A stretch of 64,000 bases of DNA, from NCBI RefSeq assembly GCF_009914755.1, contig NC_060932.1, one strand, 5' to 3'. The notes beneath the pieces are model-generated. The model searched no databases. It had not been told where the DNA came from and was given only the letters and a program-made list of their open reading frames with translations. Origin of the DNA: the human T2T-CHM13v2.0 reference genome, Homo sapiens. The position numbers were made by a program, and so were the translations under genes. Below, one piece after another: positions 1-12,294 of this stretch. Every line of letters begins with the position of its first letter. The first letter of the stretch is position 1.

Positions 1-206
1 AATGCCCACGCCTGCTTCAAGGGGCAACTGGACCCTCACTGTTAACAGAGGAGGTGCCTGCGCGTCCAATTCTCCCTGAAAGCCAGCCCTGTTTTCTGTG
101 CCTCATGGCAGACACATGAGTGATTTATTGCTCCTAACATCTCTTAGTTTGTAATAAAGTTTTCAGCAGCTCTTTTTAGCTGCTGCAACCTCTGCCCCTG
201 CAAACA

Positions 207-250
207 CTCTCTCTTTCTCTTTTTCTCTCTCTCTTTCACACACACACACA
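207..250. repeat. Compound (CT)n/(CA)n microsatellite
   Basis: ctctctctttctct...cacacacacacaca visible directly. Confidence 0.9.
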
Positions 251-1629
251 TTCTGACTTCACTTTGTTCTTTTTCCACATAATGTCAACTCATAAAGCTT
301 TCATCAAGTCAACCAGGTGGAAAAATCCCTTTTGCTGAAAGAAGCCTTCATTCCGGTCTAGGTGGTGGAGGAGAGTCACTGGGCAGGAGAGGGGATCAGC
401 AGACAAGGTGGGGAAGAGAAGAAAGTGTGCTGCTGATGGGAAAAGTTTTATGTGTGATGAGGTGAGTGCGAGCTTCACAGGGGCGTGCCTCTTGATGAAA
501 GGGCTTCTCTCCTCTGCTTTCCCTGGTTGCCAACATCCACAGAAGCTGACAAATCTGTCATTGCAAGAATGGGGGATGGAATTCATAATATACGTATTCA
601 AAGAAGTAGAGCTTTGGATCTAATACCTAATGATGATAAGATGGCATAAGTAAAGTCAGGAATTCTTCCCTTGCAGCACAGACCAGCCTCTTGTGAGGAG
701 GTTGGCTTCCCCTTCCTTCCTCCCAGGATCCTCGCACCCCCTGGTTTCCATCTTCAGCCCTGCTACATCCTGCCAAGGTCACCCCTACCACAAGCCCCAT
801 CCTGTTCCTTAGAGCCTTCTCAGCCCACTCATTTCACATTGGCTCCTAAGTACCCTAGAGCCATGTTGGAAGGAAAAGTGTTACTAGAAGAATAATATAC
901 TTGGAGAAGGAAAGACTCAGAGAGATCAAGACTACAAGGAAAGGTAGAGTAAGATGTGTGAGGTCCTTTGTTTTCTCAAGGGCCAGTGTCAATACATAGG
1001 AGTTTAAGATTTGGGGAAAGGTTGAGTATTGCCAGAGCCCAGATCTCCCAGTTTTCCTTGCAAGAGGTTAATTTGACAGATACTCCCTGAATTCCTGCAA
1101 TCCTCATGAAAGCTCCATGGTACTTTATACATGGAGGGCTTCCAGTGCTCCTGTGAAGCACTGAACATTAACTTCACCCTTCCAGAGACTGGATGGAGAA
1201 GACTCTAGTCTCTGAGCTCTGATTTTTCCCTCCCTTACTCATGGTACTTAGTAAGGGCAGAGAATACCCACTGCTATGTAGCAAATTAACTTTTTCCCCA
1301 AGTCAGATCGTAAACAGAAAGCAAGATGCAGTGACGTGAATGCATGCAAATACCAAGAGACACAGCTTACATTAATGTGCTTGGAAATTCTGTTCTCTCT
1401 TCCCTCTACTCGAGTCCAGTACCGCAGCGAGATTTCCAAACGCTGATGTATGTAGCCAAACAGCATTCTACTTTTGTTGGAATTTTCTCCTTTTCTTTGA
1501 TTTCAGTAGTTTCATTATAATGTGTGGGGGTTTTTTTTAGGCGGGGGGAGGGCGTTTTTATTTATTCTACCTGGGGTTCATTGAGCTTCCTGATCTGTAA
1601 ATTTATGTCTTTCGTCAAATTTGGCGAAG

Positions 1630-1920
1630 TTTTTTTTGTTGTTGTTTTTGAGAGAGACTCTCTCTCTGTCATTTAGGTTGGAGTGTACTGGCACCATCTC
1701 GTCTCACTGCAGCCTCTGCCTCCCAGGCTCAAACGATTCTTCTGCCTCAGCCTACCATTACAGGCATGAGCCACCACACCTGGCTAATTTTTTGTATTTT
1801 TAGTAGAGACGGGGTTTCACAGTGTTGGCCAGGCTGGTCTCAAACTCCTCACCTCAGGTGATCCACTCGCCTTAGACTCCCAAAATGCTGGGATTACAAT
1901 GTGAGCCACTGTGCCCGAGC
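1630..1920 (-). mobile_element. AluS (Sx-like) with small internal deletion
   Basis: Antisense Alu body from gagagactctctctctgtc to gagccactgtgcccgagc; imperfect TSD aaatttggcgaagtttt / aaatttggcaaatttt. Confidence 0.95.
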
Positions 1921-2024
1921 AAATTTGGCAAATTTTTAAATCATTCTTTCAATTTTATTTTCCTGCTCCATTCTCTCTCGCCTCTCCTTCTGATACTTCA
2001 TTTTTGTTAGATCTTTTGATATTA

Positions 2025-2560
2025 GTTTTTTTCTTCATTTCAAGTTTTAATGAAAGCCTATATATAAGATTACTTCATTCCTGCATCTTCCCAGTTGTTT
2101 CTGCCTTGTATTTGCCCATTTCCTTTCCTGCTTGGTGAGATTTGGCTTTCTGTTCAAGAATCTTTTTCCGGTCTTTGGCCACTTTTAGCTTAGTGATGAA
2201 ATGTTGCTGGGGCGAATGACTACGTGTACAGTTGAGCCATCAGCCTTTTCACACTGCACCCTTTCAATGTCAACTACATATTTCTTCCTGTAAACCTGGA
2301 CTATTTTGCCCATTTGCTGACCTTTATAGTGTCCTGGTACAACCTGAACTTCGCCATCCTTTCAGATGGGCATGGATCAAATGTTGCACTTCTGTCTCCT
2401 GTCTCAGCTCTTTGGAAAGAGGGGAAGACATAATCTTCCTGTGAATGTGAGAAGGTGCATTGAAATGCCTTTGGTGGTTCTTGCTTTGGTCAGAAGTCAC
2501 AAAGGGATTGAACGTCGTTTTGGCTGCTCCCACTTTGGTGATGGCCACAAAAGGGAAGAC
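2025..2560 (-). pseudogene. RPL26: Processed pseudogene of 60S ribosomal protein L26 (uL24)
   Basis: Minus strand encodes [38 protein letters not shown], continuing out of frame to ...KMQE* (stop 2075-2077). Intronless. 5'UTR cttcccttttgtggccatcacc...gccaaa, 3'UTR with ATTAAA and short A tail. Start ATG>ACG at 2516-2518, 7-bp GAGACAG duplication frameshift, CGA>TGA nonsense change, 1-bp deletion. SHI (not SHV) and the UTRs favour RPL26 over RPL26L1. Confidence 0.96.
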
Positions 2561-2721
2561 AGCCACATGCTGTGTCGTTATGTGCTTTTATGAAAGATCT
2601 TGGTTTGGGGAATTTTTTAACTTTGTTCTTCAGATTGTATATTTCCTACTGCTCAGTCTTCAAATTTACTGACACTTCTGTCATCTCCAATTCGTTCTTC
2701 AGCCTCTCCAGTGATTTTTTA

Positions 2722-3635
2722 AAATAAACGTTTTTATTTGGGAATAATTTTACACTAACAGAAAAGTTAGAAAAATAGTAGAGGCTTCCCCTGTGTGCTA
2801 TCACCTTCCACCCAGTTTCTCTCATTGTTAATATCTTTCATTACCATGGTACATTTGTCAAAACTAAGAAACTGACACTGATATGTTACTATTAACCAAA
2901 CTCTAGACTCTGTTTGCATTTTAACATCTTTTCCATTGGTGTTCTCTTTCTGTTCCACACCCAGTCTAGGGTACGATGAGACATTTGGCTGTCATGTCTC
3001 CCCAGTTTTCTCCGATCCATGATAGTTTTTTGTTGTTTTTCGTTTTTAATGACCTTGACAGTCTTGAGGAGTACTGGCCAGTTAGCCCATAGAATGCCCC
3101 AATCTAGGTTTGTCTAGTGTTTTCTTATGACTAAAATGGGCTTTAGGGTTTTGGGCAAGAATACAACAGGGAAGAAATATCCTCCTTGCTGGATCATGCC
3201 TGAGAGTACATGATATCTACACGACACCACTGGTGGTTAACCTTCGCCACATCAGTTGATGTCCTGTTTGCCAGGTTTCTCCACCTTAAAGTTACTACTT
3301 TTTGCTTTCCCTATTTTATTATATCCTTTCAAAGAGAATGACTAAATCTAGCCCACCCTTGAGGACATAAGGAGGAGTAAGCTCCACCTCTTGAAGGAGA
3401 GATTTTCTACATGTAGTGTTTGGAATTCTTATGTAAGTATGGTTTGCCTCTTCTCCCCTGTGCATTTTTTTAATTCAATCATCTATTTATATCAGTACGA
3501 ACTCATGGATATTTATTTTGAATTTTAAGTAATAACTCAATACTACTTTATTTGTTTTGTTGCTTTAATTGTTACTGCTTTGACCAGTAGGTGCTCTTTC
3601 AGCGGGCTCCTGTGTTCCTTTGAAAATCTTCATCC

Positions 3636-3680
<45 letters not shown>

Positions 3681-3860
3681 CGCGCGCGCTTCCTTACTTT
3701 CTGGTATACAAAATGCTCCAGGCCCACATTATATTTTATCTGTCCTAGCACTAGAATCAGCCATTTCTCCAAAGAGCCCTGGGTTTATGTTTATTTATTC
3801 ATTCATTTTGGAAGAATTATATTTCCAAACCAAGATCTGAGTGCTCTGTGTACTTATTGC
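2722..3860 (-). mobile_element. L1MC/L1MD-type 3' UTR fragment
   Basis: tttttatttgggaataattttacactaacagaaaagttagaaaaatagtagag...ttaccatggtacatttgtcaaaactaagaaa...agaatcagccatttctccaaagagccctgg resembles an antisense L1MC 3' end. Confidence 0.75.
3639..3689. repeat. (TG)18 followed by CG-rich alternating tract
   Basis: Uninterrupted purine-pyrimidine alternation tgtg...tgtgcgcgcacgcgcgcgc. Confidence 0.95.
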
Positions 3861-5039
3861 TCTCCAGTTGATTTTTTTTTTATTTCAGGTGTTTATTTTT
3901 TAATTTTAGAATCTCATTTGTTTCTTTATATAGTTTATATTTCTCTGCTGAGATTTCCTATTTATTTATTTATTACAAGCATATTTTCCCTTACATCCCT
4001 GAGCATAGTTGTTTTAAAACCCTGTTCTGCTAGTTCCACCATTTGGTAATACTAAGGTTGGTCTCTATTGATTGCTCTTTTTCCTCTTTTGAGTATGGGC
4101 CATGTTTCCCTATCTTCACATTTAGTAATTTCACATTTAGCAATTTTGGATTCTATCCTGAACATTGTAAATGATATGTCACAGAGATTGTAGAACTTTT
4201 ATATTTTATATTCCTTGAAAGAGTCTTGATTTTTTGTTGATGTTGTTTGTTTGTTTTGATCCTAGCAGGCTGTTAACTTGACAGGACTCAAACTCCAAAC
4301 TGTTTCTCTATAGTAAAAAGCAGCTGATATCTCTGTTCAGTTTTTTTAGATTTAGATGCTTGAAGTTTGCCCTGCACTTATGTAGTTCAGTGATGAAACA
4401 GATATTTGGGTCATTTTTGCACAGAATTTAAATGTCTTCTCTCTAAAATATACTCCCTTACTTTCCAGTTGCTGTGGTCGTTCCTCTGGTTCTTCAGTCA
4501 GCAAAACTACAAGTTTCCACCAGAGTTTTAGCCACTCCACAGGAGGCCAGACTAAAGCCTACACCTAGTCAAAGAGCCATAAAATCATAAAATCAGAAAA
4601 TTCTCCCAATGCCATTCCCCTCTGCCAAATGTTGCCCTGCATTCTAGTTTCTATGTTTGAGGTCATTCTTAAGTGCTTTTAGGTTACTTTTTTTTCTGGT
4701 ATTAATTATGTCCAGAATCAGTAGTTGTTATTTGTAAAAGATTTGGCCCAATTGGACCTACTCTGCTATTACTGGAAGCAAAACCTTGCTACTGCTTTTT
4801 AATACTAGGATCAATGTCCACTGACCCTGTTATTATTACACTTTGGTTGTCTACAAACATTTTTAAAACTTTAAAAAGAAAATTCTACAATCTATGTGTT
4901 CAATAAAACACAAAATTTTATCAAAAACTTACTTTCAACATTTATAAATTTCACAGGAAACACATTGTACCTATGGCCTGGAACTCTCCACTCCCCTCAG
5001 GAGAATACAGTCCAATCAAAGAAATAACTTGGCCACAAC

Positions 5040-5400
5040 ATATAAATAGCAGCATGCAGCAGCGTAAATAAATACCAACTAAGTGATGTGATAATCAATA
5101 CTGGGCAGGAAGAGGTCTGACTGGGCTCATTTAGATCATGAAGTCTTTCTAGACAGGGCACATATTGAGATGATATTGAAGAACAAATACTTAAATAAAT
5201 GGATAAGAAATGACATTTTCTATGACTAGAATAAAAATATGAACAAAAGGCATAATCTGATTTAGGGACAACAAGTAGCTCAATTAGGCTGAAACAGAGA
5301 GTTCAAGTAAGGAAGTAATGTGATACAACGTTAGAACAGATGATAGAAGATCAAGACTCCAAAGCAAAGGTACTTGGATTCTATTATCTTATGAGGGATA
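5040..5400 (-). mobile_element. L2 fragment
   Basis: Degenerate antisense L2-like text (gatttagggacaacaagtagctcaattaggctgaaacagag). Confidence 0.45.
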
Positions 5401-6224
5401 GAACTAAGATTCATTATATACAGACTATGCAACTAAAGAGCTCAGGACAAGATGTAATAGAATGTAACCTGCAGTTTATGTTGGCTGTGTGCTGATGTAA
5501 CAACTGTAAACTATCAGCAGTAGCCCACATCCTTTTGGTTGAGGGTGGAGTCTCTACTTGAAGTGAGTAGACTTCATGTCAAGTATCTGTGGAAGAGCTG
5601 GGTTTTAGGAAGGAATCTGGAACCAGCCTGAAATTACCCAAGGAGAAAAATACCTTTCCTTGGTCCTTACTCTCTTAAGTCTCTACTTTTCTTATGTTTC
5701 TGGGAGGTGATGGAAAGATGATCCCTACCACAAAGAACAGGTTGGAATTGAAGCAAGGAGATGCTCTGATTATAAGCTCCATGAGATCAAAGACTCACTC
5801 ATTCATGTAACTCAACATCCAGGGGCCTGCAGCATCTAGCAACCAGTGAACACTAAGATTGGTCGGATGAATGCAGACGAATGAGGTAGAACTTACAAGT
5901 GGATTGCATGCTACTCTTCACACTTACTTCCCCTACCCCTCTCTTTTTTTGTGGGGGTGTCATTTAAAAGTATTTTAGCCTATGAGTTTAGACTTGTGCT
6001 TTAATTAAAAGTGAACAATGGTTGTGGGAGTACAAATTAGTAATAAATCCTGAGGAAAGGGTAAATAAATCTCCAGAGACACAAATTTGAACCTTAGGGA
6101 AGTTCTTCTCCACATAAAATATTATTCTATAATGTAAAATATGGAGTCTCTGGGTTTGCTTGCATTATGAAGGTGGAAAATAACCCAAGGGGTAATTCAA
6201 ACTATTTTTAAAATTTTGTTATTA

Positions 6225-6355
6225 CACTAGCCCTGTAAATGCAGTATTATTTTCATATTACATACGAGAAGCATGAGGTCCAGAGAAGTTAAATACCTTA
6301 CCCAAATAAATACAGCTTAGTAGGTAACAAAGCCAGCAATTAAAACCGGATACCT
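6225..6355 (-). mobile_element. MIR fragment
   Basis: tattattttcatattacatacgagaagcatgaggtccagagaagttaaataccttacccaa = antisense MIR core. Confidence 0.7.
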
Positions 6356-6924
6356 TTAAATGAGACATCAATTAGCACTAAGGACTTAGGTTAATAAGCT
6401 GGTTGTGGTGTCATGTTCATGATACGGTTTACAAATGAAGAGAAATCCATTTATGGAGTAATGATGGGAGGAATAGGCTCATGATATAGCCCCACGATGG
6501 GGCAGGCTTGGGGTTAAAGATGAGATTAATAGCATCACATCTTTCTCCTCTTGACACAGACCATAATCAACAGTCAGAGAATAGAATATGACTAAACCAG
6601 TGAAATTCAAACCAACTTTTCCTTGATCATCTTGATTATCAGAGCTTACCATAGGCAAAATTAGGACTGTAAAGAGACCTTCAGCTGTCATGGTAAAAAA
6701 AAAAAAAAATTACTACATCTTCCTGTTTGGAAATTCTACATTCCCTACTACTCCTTTCTCCATAGACCTCCCCAAGTGCCCCAAATTAAAATTAAGGCTA
6801 AAACTCAGTCCAGAAAATCACAGACAACCCAGAAATCATCTCTACTTGATTTATTTCACTAAAATAGATCAATTGAGGGAGGAAGCTGCTGAATTTAGTC
6901 CTAGTTCTCTTTCATTTAATTACA

Positions 6925-7035
6925 GATTCAACAAAATTTATTGAAGACTTGACTATACCCCACATATTTTTATAGGCATGCAGGATATAGATATTAATAA
7001 GACACACTTCTTACCCTCAAGGAGCTCATAGTACA
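6925..7035 (-). mobile_element. L2 3' end
   Basis: attcaacaaaattttattgaag...cttaccctcaaggagctcatagt. Confidence 0.7.
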
Positions 7036-7402
7036 ATTACATAATCTAAAACCAAAGTGACTTTACTGTCTTTAGGCTTAATTTGCTCATCTATAAAACA
7101 AATAGAACAACTCTCAGCCTTTTTCTGAGACGCTGAATATTCCCGTAGGTGTTAATGCAGCTTGTGCTGCATTGCGGTGTGAAAAGTAATCTATGAGAAA
7201 ATTATTTTTACCTTTATACACTGCTTCATTTAACAGCCAAGAAGCAAAATCTAAACCATGTGGATGAATTAGGCAATTTTCTACCAAATGCTCTGAATTC
7301 CTATGAGACCACTAGCAGAGTCATATAAAATCACCTCGTCTTCTCAAGGATTGAGGAAGTAGAGAAAAAGAAGGGGTATTGTTTTGCAGATTCAGTAAGG
7401 AT

Positions 7403-7885
7403 TACCTTATTTAGGATTATATTTGTCTCTAAGTAACAGGGATTTAGAAAAAGGTCATCTAAATTAGGTAGAGATTTATTTCTCTGTCACATAAGAGAAT
7501 TTGGAGATAGATAACTCCAAGACTTATATAGTTACAACGTTGTCAGGATGAAATCAAGTTTCTTCCTACTTTTGGCTGCACCAAATTCAAGGTCTATAGT
7601 CTTTGTTCATTTGATTCAAGACAATTGCCATAATTGCAGCCGTCACATTCTTTTCCAATAGCAAGATGTGTAAAGAAATGTGAATAAGCAAGCTCCCTTC
7701 TACATTACCAATCCATTTGCATCCCATTGGTCAAAACTGAGAAACATAGCCATGCTTCACTGCAAGGGAGGCCAAGAAATTTAGTCTTTAGCCAGAGGAC
7801 AACATGCCTACCTAAAACTACAACCTCCTTCGAGAGAGAAAAATGGAACAAATATTTGTAAGGCAACTTAGCAGTCTCTATCACA
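7403..7885 (-). mobile_element. MLT1 (J/K-like) MaLR solo LTR
   Basis: cccattggtcaaaactgagaaacatagccatgcttcactgcaagggaggccaagaaat and terminal aggcaacttagcagtctctatcaca. Confidence 0.75.
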
Positions 7886-7994
7886 GGAAGCATCAGAAAT
7901 ACATTGTTAAATATTCATTGACAACTCCTGTAGGTCTACTTTCTTCTTTGAGAGCTGCCACCTACTACTGTTTAGGATAACCTTAATTCTTAGC

Positions 7995-8181
7995 CCGTGG
8001 TTTTCAAACCTTAGCATGCATCAGAATCACCCGGAGGACTTGTTAAAACACACATTGCTGAGCCGCAGCTCTAGAGTTTCTTGTTCAGTAGGTCTGAGGT
8101 GGGGCCAGATAATTTGCATTTTAGTAAGTTTCCAGGTGATGGTGATGCTGCTGGTCTGGGAACAGCACCTGAGAATTACTG
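7995..8181 (-). mobile_element. MER5A (hAT-Charlie MITE)
   Basis: gcatcagaatcacccggaggacttgttaaaacacacattgctg...tttccaggtgatggtgatgctgctggtctggg; TIR-like ends; imperfect 8-bp TSD ttcttagc/ctctaagc. Confidence 0.9.
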
Positions 8182-10034
8182 CTCTAAGCAAATTGACAAG
8201 ACAGGAACAAAAGGAAAAAGGAAGAAAGCAAACGATCATGAATATTAATGATGAAATGGGCAGTAGAGAATAGACTTGATGGAAATAATAATAATATCAA
8301 GCCATGAGATGGAAACACTTTAAGTCAGGACCTCTAACCCACCTACTAGGCCTCAGAAGAGTTCTTCTAGAGTTCCAGTACATTCCGGCTCATAACATAA
8401 CCCAGATGCTGTTGCTCAAGAGATCCTGGGTGTGACTGTGACCTGACCTGCTTGACGTGCCTTTTTGGAATCAGCAGAGGCCACACTCTATTGCTCCACT
8501 TTGCTGAAATCGGATTTCTTCCTTACTTCTGGCATATCATCTATCGTCCCATTGGAATTGCTGGCCTATGACCTGCCTGGGATATTTAGCTCAGTTTTCC
8601 CTTGGGAGCGTAGAATGCTGACAAAAATGTATCCATAATCAGCTTCCTGTCTCCCACAGTCTCATGAAATCAGTCACCTTAGAACTCCTGCTTTCCTTGT
8701 CATCTCTCCAGAGCCCCCTAATCATGACATCTTCTGTACGAGGGGCTGCCAGCAATGATAAGTCAGAAAATTCTAACAATTGATCAAGAAAGACAACAAC
8801 ATTGTCTAGCTGGGTGGAGCATCTTACTTTATCACTGGGGGCTTGTTTCACCATTTGTTTCACATATGTTCTTCCCCCCGAAACATAATTGTACTTATGG
8901 CTATGTGCATATGATTTTGATCTTACTCTTAGTACATGCTGTTGGCCTACTCTAGTTATTTGTGTATATCCCCTCTCCTCCAGCTCATATGAGCATCTGA
9001 GGCAACCAGCTCAGTGCCTGACATCTAGGCCATCAATAAGTACTAGATGGTTGATGCTGGTCTTGGGGTTTTTCCACACACATGGTTTGTCAACAGAGCC
9101 TTGAGATTCTCTGCTGGCAGCCATGCCACTAGCTCCAGGCCTTACCTCCACCTGCAAGCACCAGCAGCCACAGGATGTAGCCACTTTCTCATTGCTCCTT
9201 CCGTCATCTGAAATTAGATAGTGCTCTAAACACTGGACATACTACTTTTGGAAGAGTGCCAGACCCTAATGCAGGCCTTTGGCAGGAACAAACACAGATA
9301 AAAGGGGGAGAATATAAATTCCTAAAGATTTTCTGTCCAGGAGGAATAGCAGGTCCCTGAACTACACCAAAGGAATCCCAAAGGCAGTAGCAATCGTAGG
9401 GATTGATCCTGACCTAACGGGTCAGTGAGCGCTCAGAGTGAAGCAGACTTACCCTGCTGCCCTGTGTGTGTATGGCAGATAGGGCATAGAATTTGACTCA
9501 ACACTTTCATTCCCTCTCTGACTCATTTTGCTATTAATTGTCACCTCCTTCACAAGACTGCCCCATCAAAGATCCTGTGGAAATTATTTACCGAGAGATT
9601 TCTCAGGGAACTGAGAAGAATCAAGAAAATATCAAGGCTCTGACAGCCTTGCTTCTTCCTTCTTTTTCCTGTTATTCCTTTTGGCATTAGAAACCTAAAG
9701 CTCAGCCAGAAAGCACAAACAAATGAGGTTTTAAAGTCACCCATACCTCAGGTGCCAGGCTGTCTATGGAAAATGAAATTGATCTGTTTTAAAGACTTGA
9801 TTGGGCTTAGAAAGATAGTTCCCTGAGCTCTCTGCCTTAATCAGCTGCATTTTTTTTTTCAGTCTCATTTCACTTTTCTTGCCACACGGATAAAGTGAGT
9901 GGGAACAATAAAAAAGGGAGGGAGTGAAGAAGGGATAGAAGGAATTAAAGGGCTCCGGAGTGAATAGGTAATTTGACTCACTATTTACATTGCTGGTGGA
10001 GATATTTAAACAGTTGGCCTACTGATGACCCTTT

Positions 10035-10166
10035 AAATTAAGATTTTAGAGAAATTTTTAAAATCAAATAAACTTTGGAGTAGTGAAGACTATTTTGTAG
10101 ATTCTAAACTAATCCAGGTGTTCAGACTAGGAAGGGATTGGGCAGGGGTCATTACTGGGGAGGGAG
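10035..10166 (+). repeat. Local dispersed duplication A, copy 1 (partner 11767-11897)
   Basis: Hand alignment with 11767-11897 gives about 15 mismatches and 1 gap in 132 bp. Confidence 0.95.
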
Positions 10167-11766
10167 TTGAAAAGATAGTTCTTCTTTTTCCTTTTTAAAG
10201 CCCGTTGTTATAAACTATCAAAAATTTATGGCCATCTGTTATGTGCAAAATCATATACTGGACAATTAAAATATAGTTGGGAGAAGATAGAGTATAGAGC
10301 ACATAGAAAAATGTTATATTCTTGTATATTCAAATGGTAAACACATATATAATATGTTGGAGAGGAAGACATTACTATGGAGTGTGATGTTCAAAAAATA
10401 GTTCATGTATCAAGTAAGATTCTACAGGGTCTTGGGTGATAAATAAACTTCACATAGACAGAGGGGAGGTAGTTATTTTTCTAGAAAAAGGAAAAGGCAT
10501 TAGATTAGATAAAAGGAGAGAGAGGGCACTAGAGATTACTGTGTTAATAGCTGCTTAGCAAAGTAAAGAGCAGAATCCCATGGGGAATTTGGGGGTAAGA
10601 TGGTAATGTTCAGTGAAGATTTATAAAATCTCCCTTCTACGTACAGACCAAAAGAATGAAAAATAAGCAAAACAGAGAAAAATACTTTCTCACTAATTAT
10701 TATGATTAATGATCCTGGAGAATAATCTTACTTTGTGTCACAAACACTGACAAATACATGTAAGATACAATTTGGTCCAAACGGAAATGAGTCATCAAAG
10801 GCTGACAACCCACACCCACTTTCCAAGAAATCTATGCAGTGCTGTGGGAAGATGAAAAGAAATTCTATCTAATAATTTTCACAAGAATCTAATCCCCAAT
10901 TTATTAAGATGAAGATGGGATATATGAACAGGCTATAGGCAAAAAAGCAAACACCTTACCCTGATTTTCTTTCTGCACTGAGGTCAAACATGCCTTATAA
11001 ACCCAACTTTTGGAACAGAAGTTTAGATAGTCACGCCACATTTTATTTTGTCTAACATGACTTTCTAATGGTGGCATAGGCTGCCTCTGCAAGAAAGACA
11101 AACCCTTCCTAATATGTAGAAACATGATTTGAGGTAGAAACACCCCTAGTATAGGTGTTTCCACTTTGATACGAAGTCTGAATTTGCACACTAAGTTCCT
11201 TAGCTGCCCATGGCTAGAGCTCCTCACCCAGTGACTACTGAACAACCGAATTAATCATTCCAACCCCCCATCCAAGTCTCCAGATAAAATATAAAGGGAG
11301 GAATAGAATAGTGTGCAAGCAAACTAAAAATAGAAAAAGGAAGAATCTACTTCAGTCATGCAAATATAAAGCCCAGAAAGAGCTTCTGTCATTAAAAGGT
11401 AATGAACAGGAAAACAAATGAAACAAGCAAGCAAACACAGAAGCTATGTGAAAATTCTGCATGACAAATGTATACACAAAGCATGAAAATGAATATAAAT
11501 GATAAGTTTTAGATGAAATTCATCCTCTGGAATGAGATTTAGTTAGAAAATATGAGGAAAATGTAGACAACATCATGCTTTTAAAGAAATGAAAGAAAAT
11601 GGACTTTATGAAACAAATTGAGTAAGTGAAATAATTAGTAGATTTAGTTTTTAAAAGAGTTGCTAGAAATTAATAATCAATTTATTATGATAATGCCACT
11701 GCATTTAAGTGACAGGAAATTTAGCAAAGATCAGAATTAACAATACAATAATAGAATCAGGGACAC

Positions 11767-11897
11767 AAATTGAGATTTTAGAGAAAATTTTAAAACCAAA
11801 TAAAGTTTGCAGTATGAAGACTATTTTGTAGATTCTAAATGAATTCAGGTTTTAAGACTAGTAAGGGGTTGGGCAGGGGTCATTATTGGGGAATGAG
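11767..11897 (+). repeat. Local dispersed duplication A, copy 2 (inside L1)
   Basis: gagattttagagaaaattttaaaaccaaataaagtttgcagtatgaagactattttgtagattctaaa...gggcaggggtcattattgggg matches 10035-10166. Confidence 0.95.
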
Positions 11898-11993
11898 CAG
11901 GCTTACAGAAGAGGCATCTAGACTGTAGGGAAAAGTCGCAAAACACTAAAAGTAGTAATATGTATGGAGAATAGGCAGAAAACAAGCATATGA

Positions 11994-12294
11994 GGCCAGG
12001 TGCGGTGGCTCACGCCTATAATCCCAATAATTTGGGAGGCCAAGCTGGACAGACCACTTGAGGCCAGGAGTTTGAGACCAGCCTGGACAGCATGGTGAAA
12101 CCCTGTCTCTACCAAAAATACAAAAATTAGCTGTGTGTGGTGATGTGCACCTGTAACTCCAGCTACTTGGGAGGCTGAGGCACAAGAATTATTTGAACCC
12201 AGGAGGTGGAGGTTGCAGTTAGCCAAGATCACACCACTGCCCTCCAGCCTGGGTGACAGAGAGAGAAACTGTCTGAAAATAAATAAATAAATAA
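11994..12294 (+). mobile_element. Alu (Jb/Sz-like), full length
   Basis: ggccaggtgcggtggctcacgcc...cacttgaggccaggag...(AAAT)n tail; TSD-like aagcatatga / aagcatgcatatga. Confidence 0.96.

Larger units (their letters stand above)
1480..4800 (-). mobile_element. Old L1M (L1ME/L1MC-type) fragments, interrupted by an Alu, the RPL26 retrocopy and a second L1 3' end
   Basis: T-rich degenerate antisense L1-like sequence (e.g. ctggggttcattgagcttcctgatctgtaaatttatgtctttc; ttttgttagatcttttgatatt; tctgctgagatttcctattt); boundaries approximate. Confidence 0.6.

Noticed and set aside
362-461. Exon-like segment with donor GAG|GTGAGT
   Set aside because: Weak acceptor and no partner exon evident; indistinguishable from a pseudo-exon
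2324-2566. 80-aa ORF containing the RPL26 N-terminus
   Set aside because: Non-ATG start, native ATG mutated and frameshift after KELRQ; part of the pseudogene, not a CDS
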